A stretch of 63,741 bases of DNA, counting the filler, from Ferroacidibacillus organovorans (lineage in GTDB: Bacteria; Bacillota; Bacilli; Alicyclobacillales; SLC66): NCBI RefSeq assembly GCF_001642725.1. It is 4 parts of 4 records of this genome, joined end to end, with 100 filler letters (N's around TTAATTAATTAA, not from the genome) between each part and the next. Parts side by side here need not be neighbours in the genome. Positions count along the whole stretch, not along the records: positions 17,144 to 33,438 come from NZ_LSUQ01000059.1; positions 33,539 to 49,065 come from NZ_LSUQ01000061.1; 2 more parts are not named here. One strand, written 5' to 3'. Under the pieces are notes generated by a model that was not told the DNA's origin, did not search any database, and worked only from the letters and a program-made list of their open reading frames with translations. Shown here in pieces: positions 30,482-41,542 of this stretch (position 1 is its first letter; each line of letters starts with the position of its first letter). Made by a program: the position numbers and the translations under genes.

Positions 30482-30760
30482 ATGTGTCAAATTGCGAAGA
30501 AACTATTGGCCGAAAAACTGATCGACGACTTTTACGAGGAATACGCGCGGGGCGGCGAACAGAATTCGCTGACCCAGCAAGACTTGGCTGACCGGCTCAA
30601 GGCGTTCTTGCCGACCGACCAACATGAATGGCTGTACCGATGGGAAGCCGAGTGCGTTGAGACCTGCGGCCGCGAACTATGGCGGTTTGCCGATTTCGTC
30701 GCGGGCATTTTGATGGGCACTCATCCTCATACAGAAGACGATGCGAGACGCGACGGGTAA
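30482..30760 (+). CDS. element-associated hypothetical protein
   Basis: Clear homolog of 53957-54247 (LLAEKLIDDFYE; ELxRFAxFVA). Confidence 0.7.
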   Translation: MCQIAKKLLAEKLIDDFYEEYARGGEQNSLTQQDLADRLKAFLPTDQHEWLYRWEAECVETCGRELWRFADFVAGILMGTHPHTEDDARRDG

Positions 30761-30781
30761 AATTTTGACGTAGGCAGATTT

Positions 30782-31006
30782 CTATCGATCCTGATTACCA
30801 CCCGTTTGTCTTCCTTCGGTCGTCATCCGATGGAGGATGCTGTGTAAGGCGGTTTGGAAGTTTTCCACCGCCTCTTTCGACGGTTCGTTACAAGTCAATC
30901 GGATGACGATGTTCCCGCAATCGAACGTGAAGGTCTTCACGTTACCGGATATCGCATCCGAAGTTTGATGACAATTGGGCTCGCACAAGTCTGTATGAGA
31001 CGCCAC
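30782..31006 (-). CDS. small hypothetical protein
   Basis: GAGGAGG RBS before GTG; PSKEAVENF motif; co-oriented with the relaxase-like gene. Confidence 0.5.
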   Translation of the reverse strand: MASHTDLCEPNCHQTSDAISGNVKTFTFDCGNIVIRLTCNEPSKEAVENFQTALHSILHRMTTEGRQTGGNQDR

Positions 31007-31045
31007 GGGAATTCCTCCTCTCGCAAATCATCCACAGCCTGTGAA

Positions 31046-32027
31046 TCACGATTTCTTTGTAAAGGGCGAGAATCGGGTTTGTTTCCCCAGCGGGGTTACC
31101 GAGCGGTATGTATTCCCGTCCGTTCTCGGAAACTCTTCAAAGCGTGATTCCCACTCCGAACGTCCGCTCCAGACCGACCCCAAAATACCCTCTGCGTCCA
31201 GTCGGCGTTCTGTAATGACCCAAACCGGCGGAATCGGCTGTCCCTTGAGATGGGTCTCAAGTAATCCGTCCCACAGTTCCAAAATTCGTTCGACGCGGTG
31301 TTCTTCCCGCGTGATAAATAAGATGTTGGCTGACCCCACATCTGCCCAAAACTTCGGGAGATGCGACGCGTAGTTCCACAGTTTTTGATACAACGTCCAG
31401 GCCGTGCTCACTGCCCGTATCGTATTCCACATGAAAGGTCACGGCCGAACCATCCGCGAAACGATAGGTGCCGATGCCATCTGGTCGAATGGGCGTTGCT
31501 CGTCGTCCTTTGGCGTCTGTGATGGCGTAGCGATCCCCGCTGTGCCGCATGCCAATCCACTCCACTAGCCCTTCATCGACATAAGAGAGGCTCTCTAAAA
31601 TCAGATTTGTAAAAAAGCAGTTTGTTCCGTACAGATGCACGACTTGGCTGGGTGGCGATCCTGGTTGACGCAGCAATGCAGAGCGGTTTTCCTTCGTGAG
31701 ACCGAGATTGAGTTGCAGCCCCGCCTTGGTCAACGACCATCCTTTGACATTGTGGCGCAGAAAGGTAAGGCGCATCGGTTGCACCCAATCCGATTTTTTC
31801 ATCTTGCCGAGTGTCTGGTACATCGTATCAGGCCGATAGTGCAACAGTGTACAGAGCTGATCGACGGTTAACATGGTGTATCGGTACAAGGCGAGCAGGA
31901 ATTCCTGCTCCTGGTTTCGAGGGGCCAGCAAGTGCGCGTCCTCCTTTCCTTTGCGGGCGGAATGTGGATATATGTCCCGATTGATTTGATTCGTCGATCC
32001 GCATGGTGGCGGGAACCATCCACTCAT
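31046..32027 (-). pseudogene. replication-relaxation (Replic_Relax) family protein, frameshifted
   Basis: RPDG and HVEYDTGSE; homolog of 57727-58698; frame changes near 31400. Confidence 0.8.
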
Positions 32028-32095
32028 CCGCCCGCTCGCGTTTTGTTGGGAGTTCCGTGTCGAGTACCGTGCGAAGTTTTGTTCGGTGTTTGAGC

Positions 32096-33438
32096 TTACG
32101 CTTCGCCCGCGTTTTGGCGCTTCTTCGATGATTTGCCTCCCGGAAGCGTGGGTTGCTGCTTGGAAGATAGCAGGGATCGCCGCGTCATCTCGTCGATTTC
32201 GCGATCCACCTCCTCTGCGGGACGACCGTCGTGCCGATCGGAATGGGCAAACGCGCGCTCAATCCAATCTTCATGCCCAAGTGACACGACGGGATTTTGC
32301 ATGGTGAATAGTTGGGTGACGCCGCCGTCCAGTTTGGTGCGGACCAATGCATGCGTCTCCGGGAGGTTGAGCAGGTCGCGGGAGGATACATCGGGCTTGA
32401 GCCAACGGGTCAGGCGGTCGGCGTCCGGGCCACCGAGTTGGAGCAGGATGAGCGTGCCTACGTTTCCCAAGATGCCTGCGAGGATGGGGTCGGGCAGTTG
32501 GTCGAGATACTGCGTGGCGAGCATGAGCGATAAGCCAAATTTCCGGTCCTCGGCCAAAATGCGTTGCAGGATGTTCACCGCATACAGATGGCACTCGTCG
32601 GCGACGAACAGGTGGAGCCGGGCGGCGTGTTCGGGCCGCTTCTGACAGGTGAAGTGCATGTTGATCAAGTACAGCCCGGCGATGATCTTGATGGCGTCCT
32701 CGGTACAGTGAGAGCCGTCGATGAGGATCATGTCTCCCTGGTCCATCGCACGGCGCAGGTCGATTGCGCTTTGGGTCTGCCCGAGAATCCGGCGCAGAGA
32801 AGGGTAGGTGGTCAAAGCGCCAAGCTTGTTCCAAATCGGGCCAAGATGTTCCCCGATGTTCTTGATCTGCGAAAACTCCTCCGTCCAGAACTGCTGCAAG
32901 TGGAACGGGAGTTTGCGGACGAGTTGATCCCGAAACATCTCGTCCAAAAACAGGCGGGTGATGCCGAGCACCGTTTGCGGCGGATCGTGCAACAGGGACA
33001 GGACGTTGTTGCGCAGATAAAGCTCCGAACGTGGCCGCGATCCCGGCCAGAGTTCCTGCATCATCGCGACAAACTCGCCCGTCACCGCTTCAGCTTGCTC
33101 CAGATCATCTAGAGCAAAAGGATTCAAGCCGCGCGGATACTTGGTCGGGCCAAGCGGAACAATGTGCATCTTTGGGTAGAGTGAGGGTGGAATGTGCGAC
33201 AACAGCTTCTGGATGGCACCGCCATGCGGATCGAGAAAAGTGAAACCGGGTGCCGTGTCGGCTCCTTCTGCATCTGATCCACGATCCCGAGTAGGGTTTG
33301 AAGAAGAGTCGTGGTCTTGCCTGACCCCGTGGTCCCGGCGAGAAATGCGTGCTTCGCCATCTGACGAAGGGGAATGCGGATTTCTTCTCCCTCCCGTCCG
33401 GGGAAATCGGACCACCCGACACGTATTCCGCTGGTCCG
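32096..33438 (-). pseudogene. VirD4/TraD-like coupling ATPase, 5'-partial and frameshifted
   Basis: GTTGSGKT is in a different frame from FLDPHGG/ADECH/EDRKFGL; strong similarity to 55306-57603. Confidence 0.82.
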
Positions 33439-33538
33439 NNNNNNNNNNNNNNNNNNNNNNNNNNNNNNNNNNNNNNNNNNNNTTAATTAATTAANNNNNN
33501 NNNNNNNNNNNNNNNNNNNNNNNNNNNNNNNNNNNNNN
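33439..33538. other. artificial contig linker
   Basis: N44-TTAATTAATTAA-N44. Confidence 0.98.
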
Positions 33539-33788
33539 ACTCGGGCAGCGGAATCCGCGCCTTCACGTACGGCCGAATCGTCTCCAGCACTCGAATTTCT
33601 TTGCACATCTGACGTGCTACTGCAGGGCGCTTTGGGATTCGAAAAACGAATGCGTGATTCACTTCTATCGCGATACTGTCCCAGCCTTCTCCGAGTAGTG
33701 AGATCCCGTCCAGAGGCAATTCTGGGAAGTACGCACCGAGTAGCGCCTCGTACTGGCCGATATCCGTGGGGTTCCGATTCACTTCCAC
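33539..33788 (-). pseudogene. aminoglycoside phosphotransferase-family gene, 5' part
   Basis: GEGWDS, FVFRIPK and E-x2-VL motifs; ends IPLPE at the contig edge. Confidence 0.75.
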
Positions 33789-34714
33789 ACCTTCATTCGT
33801 TCGCCCAGCGTCCCTGAGTGGAACTCAAGCTGCGTACCATCGGGATCGAGAAAATTGACGGTCCAACCTCCGCCACGCTCCACTGGGCCACGGGTAATTG
33901 AAACATTCATCGATTTCAGAGCACCAACGGCTGCATGCAATTCATCTTTCGGAGTATACAGCGCCACATGATCCACGCCGAGTTGCGGCGTAGCCGTCGG
34001 CAGCATGGGTCGCTCCTGTAGGCAAATCCAGGCTTTCCCCCATTCGAGGTAGGCATCCTGCAAAGCGCGATGTACAAGCTTCATCCCGAGCGTTCCAACG
34101 TAAAACGCAAGTGAACGTTCAAGGTCAGATACGTTGATGGTGATGTGGCTGAAACCCATGGTTGCGAAGCTGGACACGGGTTGCCGTTGGGGCTGGCCCT
34201 GTGAAGTGAGAAAGAGCACCATGTGGACTTCATCCCAAGAGTGAACCGCCGTCTTCATGGCGTTTGGTTCCATTCCATAGACCTGAAAGCCCACAGCCTG
34301 ATAGAGCGCCATCGCGGCGACGTTATCCTTCACAACGGAGAGACGAAGTTGCTCCACGCCATTCAGTTGCCGTGCCCGCTGAATCAAGTCAGCAAGCAGT
34401 TCGCGCCCTATCCCTTGCCGCTGAAAATTTGGTGACACAAACATAGCGACCACGTTCGCAATGTGGCGCGCCTTCGTTGCACGCTCTCGAACAAGTGTCA
34501 CCGTTCCCACCAGATGATCCGAATCATCGCCTACGTAAGCACCCACAGTAAAGTGATCGTCATCCGGTGTAAGCTGGTTGGTCACGTGTTCGAGGGGACG
34601 GGATAAATAATCGTCATACGTTGTGAGGAACGCTTCGGGATTAGTGGACAACGCTTGAAGTCGGAGATTTCGATAAGCTGATGCATCAACTGTATGAAGT
34701 ATGCGAATATCCAC
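33779..34714 (-). CDS. GNAT acetyltransferase - VOC/glyoxalase fusion
   Basis: QRQGIG...ALYQAVGF followed by GFSHITINVSDLERSLAFY...FLDPDGTQLEFH. Confidence 0.8.
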   Translation of the reverse strand: MDIRILHTVDASAYRNLRLQALSTNPEAFLTTYDDYLSRPLEHVTNQLTPDDDHFTVGAYVGDDSDHLVGTVTLVRERATKARHIANVVAMFVSPNFQRQGIGRELLADLIQRARQLNGVEQLRLSVVKDNVAAMALYQAVGFQVYGMEPNAMKTAVHSWDEVHMVLFLTSQGQPQRQPVSSFATMGFSHITINVSDLERSLAFYVGTLGMKLVHRALQDAYLEWGKAWICLQERPMLPTATPQLGVDHVALYTPKDELHAAVGALKSMNVSITRGPVERGGGWTVNFLDPDGTQLEFHSGTLGERMKVWK

Positions 34715-34742
34715 GCTTTCACACCCTCCTTCCGAACGAACG

Positions 34743-35720
34743 TCAACTCAGCAGAGACGGTAAATTTTGCATATTTTGAGCCAACCAGTCCATTTCGTGC
34801 GCAAATCGCTGAGGGGGTACTGTGTGCTGATCCATGTTCGGCGTGATCCACCAAGCGCTTTCCATATACCATACCATGCGAAGAGCTCGTAGAATCCCTC
34901 CTGTGGGATACTCGCGTTGCGTCCGATAACCGTCAAGGAAGCCCAGCGTGGCATCCACGTTGAATGTTTCACCATCAAGATTGCCTGACAGGATAGCCCT
35001 TGCGATATCCGTGTCAAGATAGTCGGCATTGAGTCGGTCAAAGTCTAAAATTGCCGACAACCCGTCGCCAGAGAAAAGCATGTTATCTGCCCAGAGATCG
35101 CGGTGCGCAAAGCCTATTTCGGCATTCCTAAATTCACGGATGTCGATAATCTGCAAGGCGTTTAATTGGCGCTGCGCGAATGCATACAGCTCATGTTTGT
35201 CATTCTGCTCCATGGCCTTTAAGACGTTTTCGAAGTGACGTATCCTCTCAGGTACTTCCGGGACCAAAAATGTCGCTTGGGTTGGAAAACCGCCGAGCAT
35301 GAGAAGGAATCGATGCATCTGTCCGGTGGCCGCACCGAGCGAATGCATCTGACCATAGGTGGCCTGGCCAGGAATGAATCTCTCTCCGTCGCAAAAGGTC
35401 ATGACCATGAATCGCTGCCCTGAGGGTGTCGAATGAAGCTGAGCTCCCTGATGCATCAGAATTTGTGGACAGGGTAGCCCCTGAGTATGTAGCTCAGACT
35501 GCCATCGAAGCGCTCGGACTAAAGCCGATTCATCATACAATCGATATCTGTCCGGATGGTAACTCTTAAGCAGAAAGACGCCATGCGTGGTGTCCAACTT
35601 CCATTTTCGATTCAGCCATCCACGAACAATCGGTTGCGCATCAAGAATAGTGAATTCAAACCATTTTTGACAGACCTCGCAAAGTTCATCAAACTCATGA
35701 TCATCAGGTCGCAGTTTCAT
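34743..35720 (-). CDS. phosphotransferase (homoserine kinase II / APH-like)
   Basis: HRDLWADN and ILDFD motifs. Confidence 0.82.
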   Translation of the reverse strand: MKLRPDDHEFDELCEVCQKWFEFTILDAQPIVRGWLNRKWKLDTTHGVFLLKSYHPDRYRLYDESALVRALRWQSELHTQGLPCPQILMHQGAQLHSTPSGQRFMVMTFCDGERFIPGQATYGQMHSLGAATGQMHRFLLMLGGFPTQATFLVPEVPERIRHFENVLKAMEQNDKHELYAFAQRQLNALQIIDIREFRNAEIGFAHRDLWADNMLFSGDGLSAILDFDRLNADYLDTDIARAILSGNLDGETFNVDATLGFLDGYRTQREYPTGGILRALRMVWYMESAWWITPNMDQHTVPPQRFAHEMDWLAQNMQNLPSLLS

Positions 35721-36116
35721 TCACCGACTTTCGATATTTTCCCATACTCGTTCCACAGTCGATTCCGATCCTCTCACCGTCACGAGATACACGTCCGGAT
35801 TCGTAAGCGCTGCCCCTGCCCCTGCCTCGAACCCGAATCGTTCATCGAAGTGTCTCAGCAGTGGCGTCATCAAATTGCCGTGCGTCACAACCACCGCGCT
35901 CCCTTGATTCAAAGCGAGCAGCTCGCCGCGCGCGTCGCCGCCGCAACCGTTCGCACCCCGATCGATGGCAATGCCAACTGCTGCCGTGAAGGACAGGATA
36001 TCAACGATGACCACGGTGTCGGATAGAGGGGCTAGACAAGCAAGCCCATCAAGGCCCCAATCAAAGCGCACCGCATAGGCCGATTGTTGGAAAACACCTT
36101 CGGTCGTCATCGTCAT
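35721..36116 (-). pseudogene. chimeric remnant: phosphosulfolactate phosphatase N-terminus plus histidine phosphatase C-terminus
   Basis: RFDWG..VIVDILSFT then VVTHGNLM..HFDERFGFE..LTNPDVY. Confidence 0.65.
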
Positions 36117-36190
36117 GTCACCCCAAGTTCCGATCGACAAGGTTGGCTGACACGGGTTCTCGTCCGAGGTCTCTTGCCCATATCGAAAGT

Positions 36191-37975
36191 GGTTCTTGCG
36201 ATCTTTTGGTGAACTCCGTCAGGAGAAGGTGTTGCCATCGACGTCTTTCGACAGCCTGACCCATCAGGCGTGATGAAGTACGCGGGCTCGCAGAAGATCG
36301 AAGCCAGCTCTGCCGAACATCTGTCGTTTGAGCATTTTCAAGCGATTGATCTGTCCCTCTAGTTGTCCATTACTCCATGGACCTTTGATTCCGGAAGATA
36401 CAGCGTCCAAATCCTTTTGTATGCCTCGGGCAAACGAACCCATCTCCTGTACTTGAGATTGCAACGCGGTCTCGACCCACCCACACAAGGGAGTACGATC
36501 GTGCGTGTCTAGTAGCAATCGAAAAGACATACAGAGGTCTCGGAGTTCTTGCGCACCCTTGACTTCTCGCAGCAATTGATCGCGGTACGCTCGATCGGAC
36601 GCCTTTACTTCGGATTCCTTCTGCGTTACGAGTACAGTGGCTTCGCGAGGACTCACACGCCGACGAGACTGCTCTATCAAGCAGGTGCCGCTCTGTAGAT
36701 CCTTCTTCCTCGTGTCCGCGAGATACTGCGCTACCGTGGTTCGGGATCCTATATAACCCATCTCTCGAAGGTGGCGCAAGATCTTCGGTCCCTTCATAGA
36801 CTGACGGGCAAGCTCACACACCGTCTCACGATATGGATCAAGTACCGTAGTTCTCTTGACACGGACCGTGTTTGGCACCTCATTCCATGTGAGATACTTG
36901 CCAATCGTTTGGCGACTGAGTCCGGTTCTTCGTGCGATCTCCCGTTTGCCCATACCCGACAGATGGAGTTGTTGCACCTCTTGTACCCGCTCCCACTTGA
37001 TTTCACGACGCATCGTTTTTGGATTCACCGTAGTCTGTGTCGTCTCATCAGGGGTCCCACTTGGTGCATCGGGTGCAGGTTCGGGGTCATCGTGCGCCGG
37101 ATGAGCGACGCGAGACCGCTTCTCTCGCAGGGGCAGACGTTGACGACTCAGAAAACGATGTACTGTCTCGCTGAGATTTTTCAAGAGATGCCATCGATCC
37201 GCAACCTGTTGCGCGTGCGGAAGTCCTTGGCGAATCGCCTGGGCATACGCCCCTGCGCGGTCGCGGCTGACAATCTGTATCGTCGGATGCCTGATCAACC
37301 ACGCGGCAACGGTCGCCACTCGGCGATCCGGCAGTACATCGATCACTCGGTGCTGTTCGAGGTCACAGATCAGTGTGCCGTATCGATCGCCTCTCCGATA
37401 TGCCCAATCGTCTATGCCGATCACACGAATTTCTTGCGGAGAAGTAGGTTCCGGATGTTCTGACTTTCGAATGCGCTGCAGCATCGTATCGCGACACACC
37501 TGAATTCCCATCTGTCTAGCCATGGCAGCCCCAGGGTTTCCTCCGAGTTCAAAAGCAAGGTGCGTCAATAAATCATTGAGTCGCGATGTCTTTCGCCCCG
37601 AGCGGGCGAATAGACCGGTAAATCGTTCCGTGAAAATGACTTGTGTGCAGGATGCGTTATCGCAAAAGAACTTACGACTGCGGATCCGCAATACCATGAG
37701 TTTATTACCGATTGGTAGATCTTGCACAGTCCGATAGTACAAGCTGTGTACTCGATGCGCCCATTGCCCACACTTTGGGCAATGGTTCCCGGTACTGTGA
37801 GATGCTACGCGAAACACAGTAAGACAATCGGAACGGTAGACATCTAGCAACTTCAGATCTGAGAGGAAGGATTCTACGATCTCATTCATCCTGTATCGCC
37901 TCCGATCTCATCGTATCAGGAGGGGCATACGAATGTTGTCGAATCATGGAACCTCACCAAAAGATCGCAAGAGCC
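36191..37975 (-). mobile_element. ISL3-family insertion sequence, complete
   Basis: Inverted repeats GG(T/C)TCTTGCGATCTTTTGGTGA; 8-bp target duplication TCGAAAGT at 36183-36190 and 37976-37983. Confidence 0.95.
36264..37889 (-). CDS. ISL3 family transposase
   Basis: CPKCG zinc finger, GIDDWA, SRDR, DRWHL, SNGQLEGQINRLKMLKRQMFGR. Confidence 0.95.
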   Translation of the reverse strand: MNEIVESFLSDLKLLDVYRSDCLTVFRVASHSTGNHCPKCGQWAHRVHSLYYRTVQDLPIGNKLMVLRIRSRKFFCDNASCTQVIFTERFTGLFARSGRKTSRLNDLLTHLAFELGGNPGAAMARQMGIQVCRDTMLQRIRKSEHPEPTSPQEIRVIGIDDWAYRRGDRYGTLICDLEQHRVIDVLPDRRVATVAAWLIRHPTIQIVSRDRAGAYAQAIRQGLPHAQQVADRWHLLKNLSETVHRFLSRQRLPLREKRSRVAHPAHDDPEPAPDAPSGTPDETTQTTVNPKTMRREIKWERVQEVQQLHLSGMGKREIARRTGLSRQTIGKYLTWNEVPNTVRVKRTTVLDPYRETVCELARQSMKGPKILRHLREMGYIGSRTTVAQYLADTRKKDLQSGTCLIEQSRRRVSPREATVLVTQKESEVKASDRAYRDQLLREVKGAQELRDLCMSFRLLLDTHDRTPLCGWVETALQSQVQEMGSFARGIQKDLDAVSSGIKGPWSNGQLEGQINRLKMLKRQMFGRAGFDLLRARVLHHA

Positions 37976-38368
37976 TCGAAAGTTGACCCATGTGGTGAAT
38001 TTCATGGGCAACGACGTGACGAAGGACATGTCCCCCCGAAAACGCTTCACCTGGTCGCCATGGCGCATGGACTTCTTTTGAGTCCCAATCCGGCGTCCAT
38101 TTTTCAAGCACGAAACGTATTTCAGGACGACATGTGTTGGACAGAGCGCGAACTCGGCATAGCGTCTGGTAATCCTCAAAGGGAAGCTGAACGTCGGGTT
38201 TTCCCTCCATCGCACGAATCCAACTGTATTCAGAATCTACAATGTGCCACAGGGTTCGTAAAAAACTCCCCACCCCGCCGATCCGCTGTCGGGTGAGTTC
38301 CTCGTCGGGTACGCCCTCACACCAGTCAAACCATTCCTCCCGAACCTGCCAGTTGTAGCGAAACAGCG

Positions 38369-38972
38369 TCAGCAACTCGACCCCTCCCTTGGATAGTCAT
38401 GAATCACACGCACCTTTGGCCATTTCTTCACAATTTGTTTGTCAGCGAGACGCTGCTCGAAAATCTGCTCAGTCACTCGCCGAGGATTTCTACGACAAAC
38501 CATCTCAAACAAATCGTTCATTCCACACGGTGCGACCATGAGAAGCTCATCATTATCAAGAAGACGGACGGCAATATTCGTCGCGGTCTCTGTCCATGTA
38601 CCAATCCCGTCTGCGGATGAGGAAAGCGGCTCAACAGGGAACCCAAACTTCCGCTCGTACCACAAGTGAACAGCCGCCTGATTCCTTGCCTGCCAGGGCA
38701 TCTTCGGCAGGAGATGATACAACACCCGCTCAATCTCCAAGTCTCTGTCCGGTTGTAAGTCTGTTGGATCAAAATATGCCACATCGATATCATTCAGCGG
38801 TGTCGGCGTAGAATCATCGTGTAACCAGTCCCACACCAGTGTGCGAATGACGCCCCCCGACCGGCCAATCCGGAGGATTGCATTCACGCACCACACGCAA
38901 GGCTTGCATGAACCAGTCCGTTGCGCGCAGCAATGCACGTAAATCGTGCTCATATTGACGATTGTCGGTCAC
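38369..38972 (-). pseudogene. DUF925 nucleotidyltransferase, frameshifted near a G run
   Basis: RTLVWD, DIDVAYFD, NQAAVH, ETAT; N-terminus in another frame. Confidence 0.78.
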
Positions 38973-39764
38973 GGCGCCACTACCTCAATCTTGAGTCGAT
39001 CGGGATCCTCAAAGAACACAGCGTAATGCCCTGCTCCACCCGCATACGGGTGTCTGTCTTCATACAAGACATGGGTACCCCTTGCACCAACTCCGCCCTT
39101 CAACCCAATTTTGGTAGGGTTTATAGCCGAGATATCCTAACAGCCAGCCCCAAAATTCGACTGACCTTTGGCGATTCGAAACATTGATTTCGACATGATG
39201 GAGCGTTCCTGAACGTGTAGAATGATTCGGGTGAAAGTCTGACTCTCGGGAACCTGCGATCAATTTGTAATAAATCACTGTCTCATCAAGCTGCCCATCC
39301 GCTGATCGAGCATACTGTGGAATTCGCCCGGCCTCCACAAAACTCAGTGAGCGGTACAAAGCATTGGACGGATCCCCGTCACGGGTGTCCAAGACAAGCA
39401 ATGAGCGATTCGCTTCCACTGCCGCTCGCTCTGCCACGTCCATCAACTGCTTAGCTATTCCCAATCTCCTTCTCTGCGGATGAACCATCAACTTGGCGAT
39501 CTCTGCCCTGTGTGCACCGTTTTGCTTCATGGTCAGATGCAATTGCACCGTACCTACGACTCCTCTATCGTAGTCTGCCACCCACAGGCGAACACTTGGT
39601 TCGAGGAGGTGTTCCCAATACAAACGAGCATCCGCACGCGTCAGTGGTGGCAAAAAGCCGATGGATGCTCCATCGTCTACAACGGAAATCAACAAGGAAC
39701 AGAGCATGTTCAGATCTTTTGTATTCCATTGCGCAATCTCACGGATGTGTAGTTCGTTTTCCAA
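38969..39764 (-). pseudogene. GNAT acetyltransferase fused to a damaged VOC domain
   Basis: GASIGFL, HRAEIAKLMVH, LVLDTRDGD; then LHHVEINVS; VOC tail YAVFFEDPDRLKIEVVAP follows after a stop and deletion. Confidence 0.75.
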
Positions 39765-39842
39765 ATAAATACCCCCATCCTCTGCTACATATTAATTCGC
39801 CATGCGTACAGGGGCGTTCGTTTGCCTTCAATCTCACAGAGC

Positions 39843-40283
39843 CTACCGTTTTGATGAGACATACAGAAATCGATATTTGCCATCATACGTGGATTGATTC
39901 TGCACTTCCCCATACTTTTCCTTCCAAACGTCGGTGTTCAAGTCATTTGCCAAACGCTTTACACACTGGTCAACCAGTCCTTTCGGTACTTTGGCAGACG
40001 GCGAAACACCCTGCCGAAACAGCGGATCCAAATACCACTCTGGATGCCTCCATCCTGTCATGAAGAATCTATCTCTCATGTCCGACGGCAACAGAAACGT
40101 TTCATCTGTAAAATGATGGACAGCCAGCGTGCTGATCACGCCATCAAAGGAATTGTCCTAGAGTGGGAGTTTTTCTGCACTGCCCGCTATATCCTTCTCC
40201 CCCAAATCAAACATCCGCATGTACTCATCATAGGTACGCCCAATGAAGATAAAATCGAAAAAGTTCAAATGACCTCTGCTCAT
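39843..40283 (-). pseudogene. SAM-dependent methyltransferase remnant(s)
   Basis: FIGRTYDEYMRMF then AEKLPL*DNSFDG..HHF and GWRHPEWYLDP; internal stop and deletions. Confidence 0.65.
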
Positions 40284-41542
40284 CTACCTCGACTCCTCTT
40301 GTCTGTGGGGATCGTTCAAAGTGACACATTGGTCCGGCTCATATGGATAACTTGTGGCAATTGGTCTCCATGTCAGACTGATTCCCACGTATAGCAGGTA
40401 CAAGAACGCTATCGCCCAGAACATTCCGGCTGGTCCGAGCCACGTCATCATCAAACCACAGACCATCGGCCCTACCATTAGACCGAGCCCAAGATTAGTT
40501 ACTGCAATCTGGTTGGCGATCGGCAGATTGTTTGACCCAACAAGATCACCGAGGAAGCCAAGACTCAAACTGAACAATGTGTCAACGAATGCTCCGACGA
40601 GGAAGCATAAAGCGACAAACGTCACGTTTGAATCGGACACAAGCGGTAAGCAAGCTGAACAGAACTCCCCCTGCCGTTGAGCACCCTATCAGAACCATCC
40701 GCCGACCCAAACGATCGCCCAAATAGCCCAGTGGTAGCTGAAATATAAGGCTACCGAACACAAACGAAGCTAACGAAAGTGACACGACTCCAAGCGGCAG
40801 ATGAACCTGTTCGGCATACAAAGGAAGGTCCCCGTTTAACGCCGGCTCCATAAACCCGAATACCAATGGGAGCGCTAGTGCTGGCAGGGCGACTCGATAA
40901 ATCCGAGCGACTCTGATTGAGCGTACAGACCTCGCTGACTTGCGGTTCCCCAGAACGCAAGGTAAACGCACGACTAAAGCCAAGGAGATGGCAAAAGTAG
41001 AGGCCGACAAGTATGAATGGGAACCACACCGCCAGTTTCCCAGTCGCCAGAAACATCGGACCAACCGCAAATCCGATGCCGGTAGCTAAGCCATACAGAG
41101 CCATCTGCTTACCACGATTTTCCGGCGTGGTGAGGCATCCAATCCAAGACTGCGTACCATAGTGGATCGCCCCTAGAGACAAGCCAAACACGAAACGAAA
41201 CAGCAACCACCACTGCACGTTGTCTCTCACCACGAACGCGCAGATGGACAATGTTCCTGTCGCAAGCGCCCATACCAACAATCTACGAAGTCCAATCCGA
41301 CGAGAGAGCTGTCCCACGAAAACCATGGCGACAAGCAAACCGGCATAAGTATCACTGGTACTCAGACTGTTCATCAACGGAGAAATGTGTCCCGCTTCCA
41401 CAGATGCCATCCACGGAATCATCAGACCTTGACTGAACGTCACCGCCATGGCGGCAAAAATCAATGCGACGAACGTACGGGCATGTTTTTGTGGGATAAC
41501 GCCGGTTCCAAAACGCATCTTCTGTTCGCCGCCTCCCATCAA
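40284..41542 (-). pseudogene. MFS transporter (YfkF-like), split across three frames
   Basis: NRGKQMALYG and QLPLGYLGDRLGRR motifs; overlaps the trpS stop. Confidence 0.78.

Larger units (their letters stand above)
36118..38375 (-). pseudogene. DinB family gene interrupted by ISL3
   Basis: FRYNWQVR...HEIHHMGQLS resumes as IWARDLGREPVSAN beyond the IS. Confidence 0.9.
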
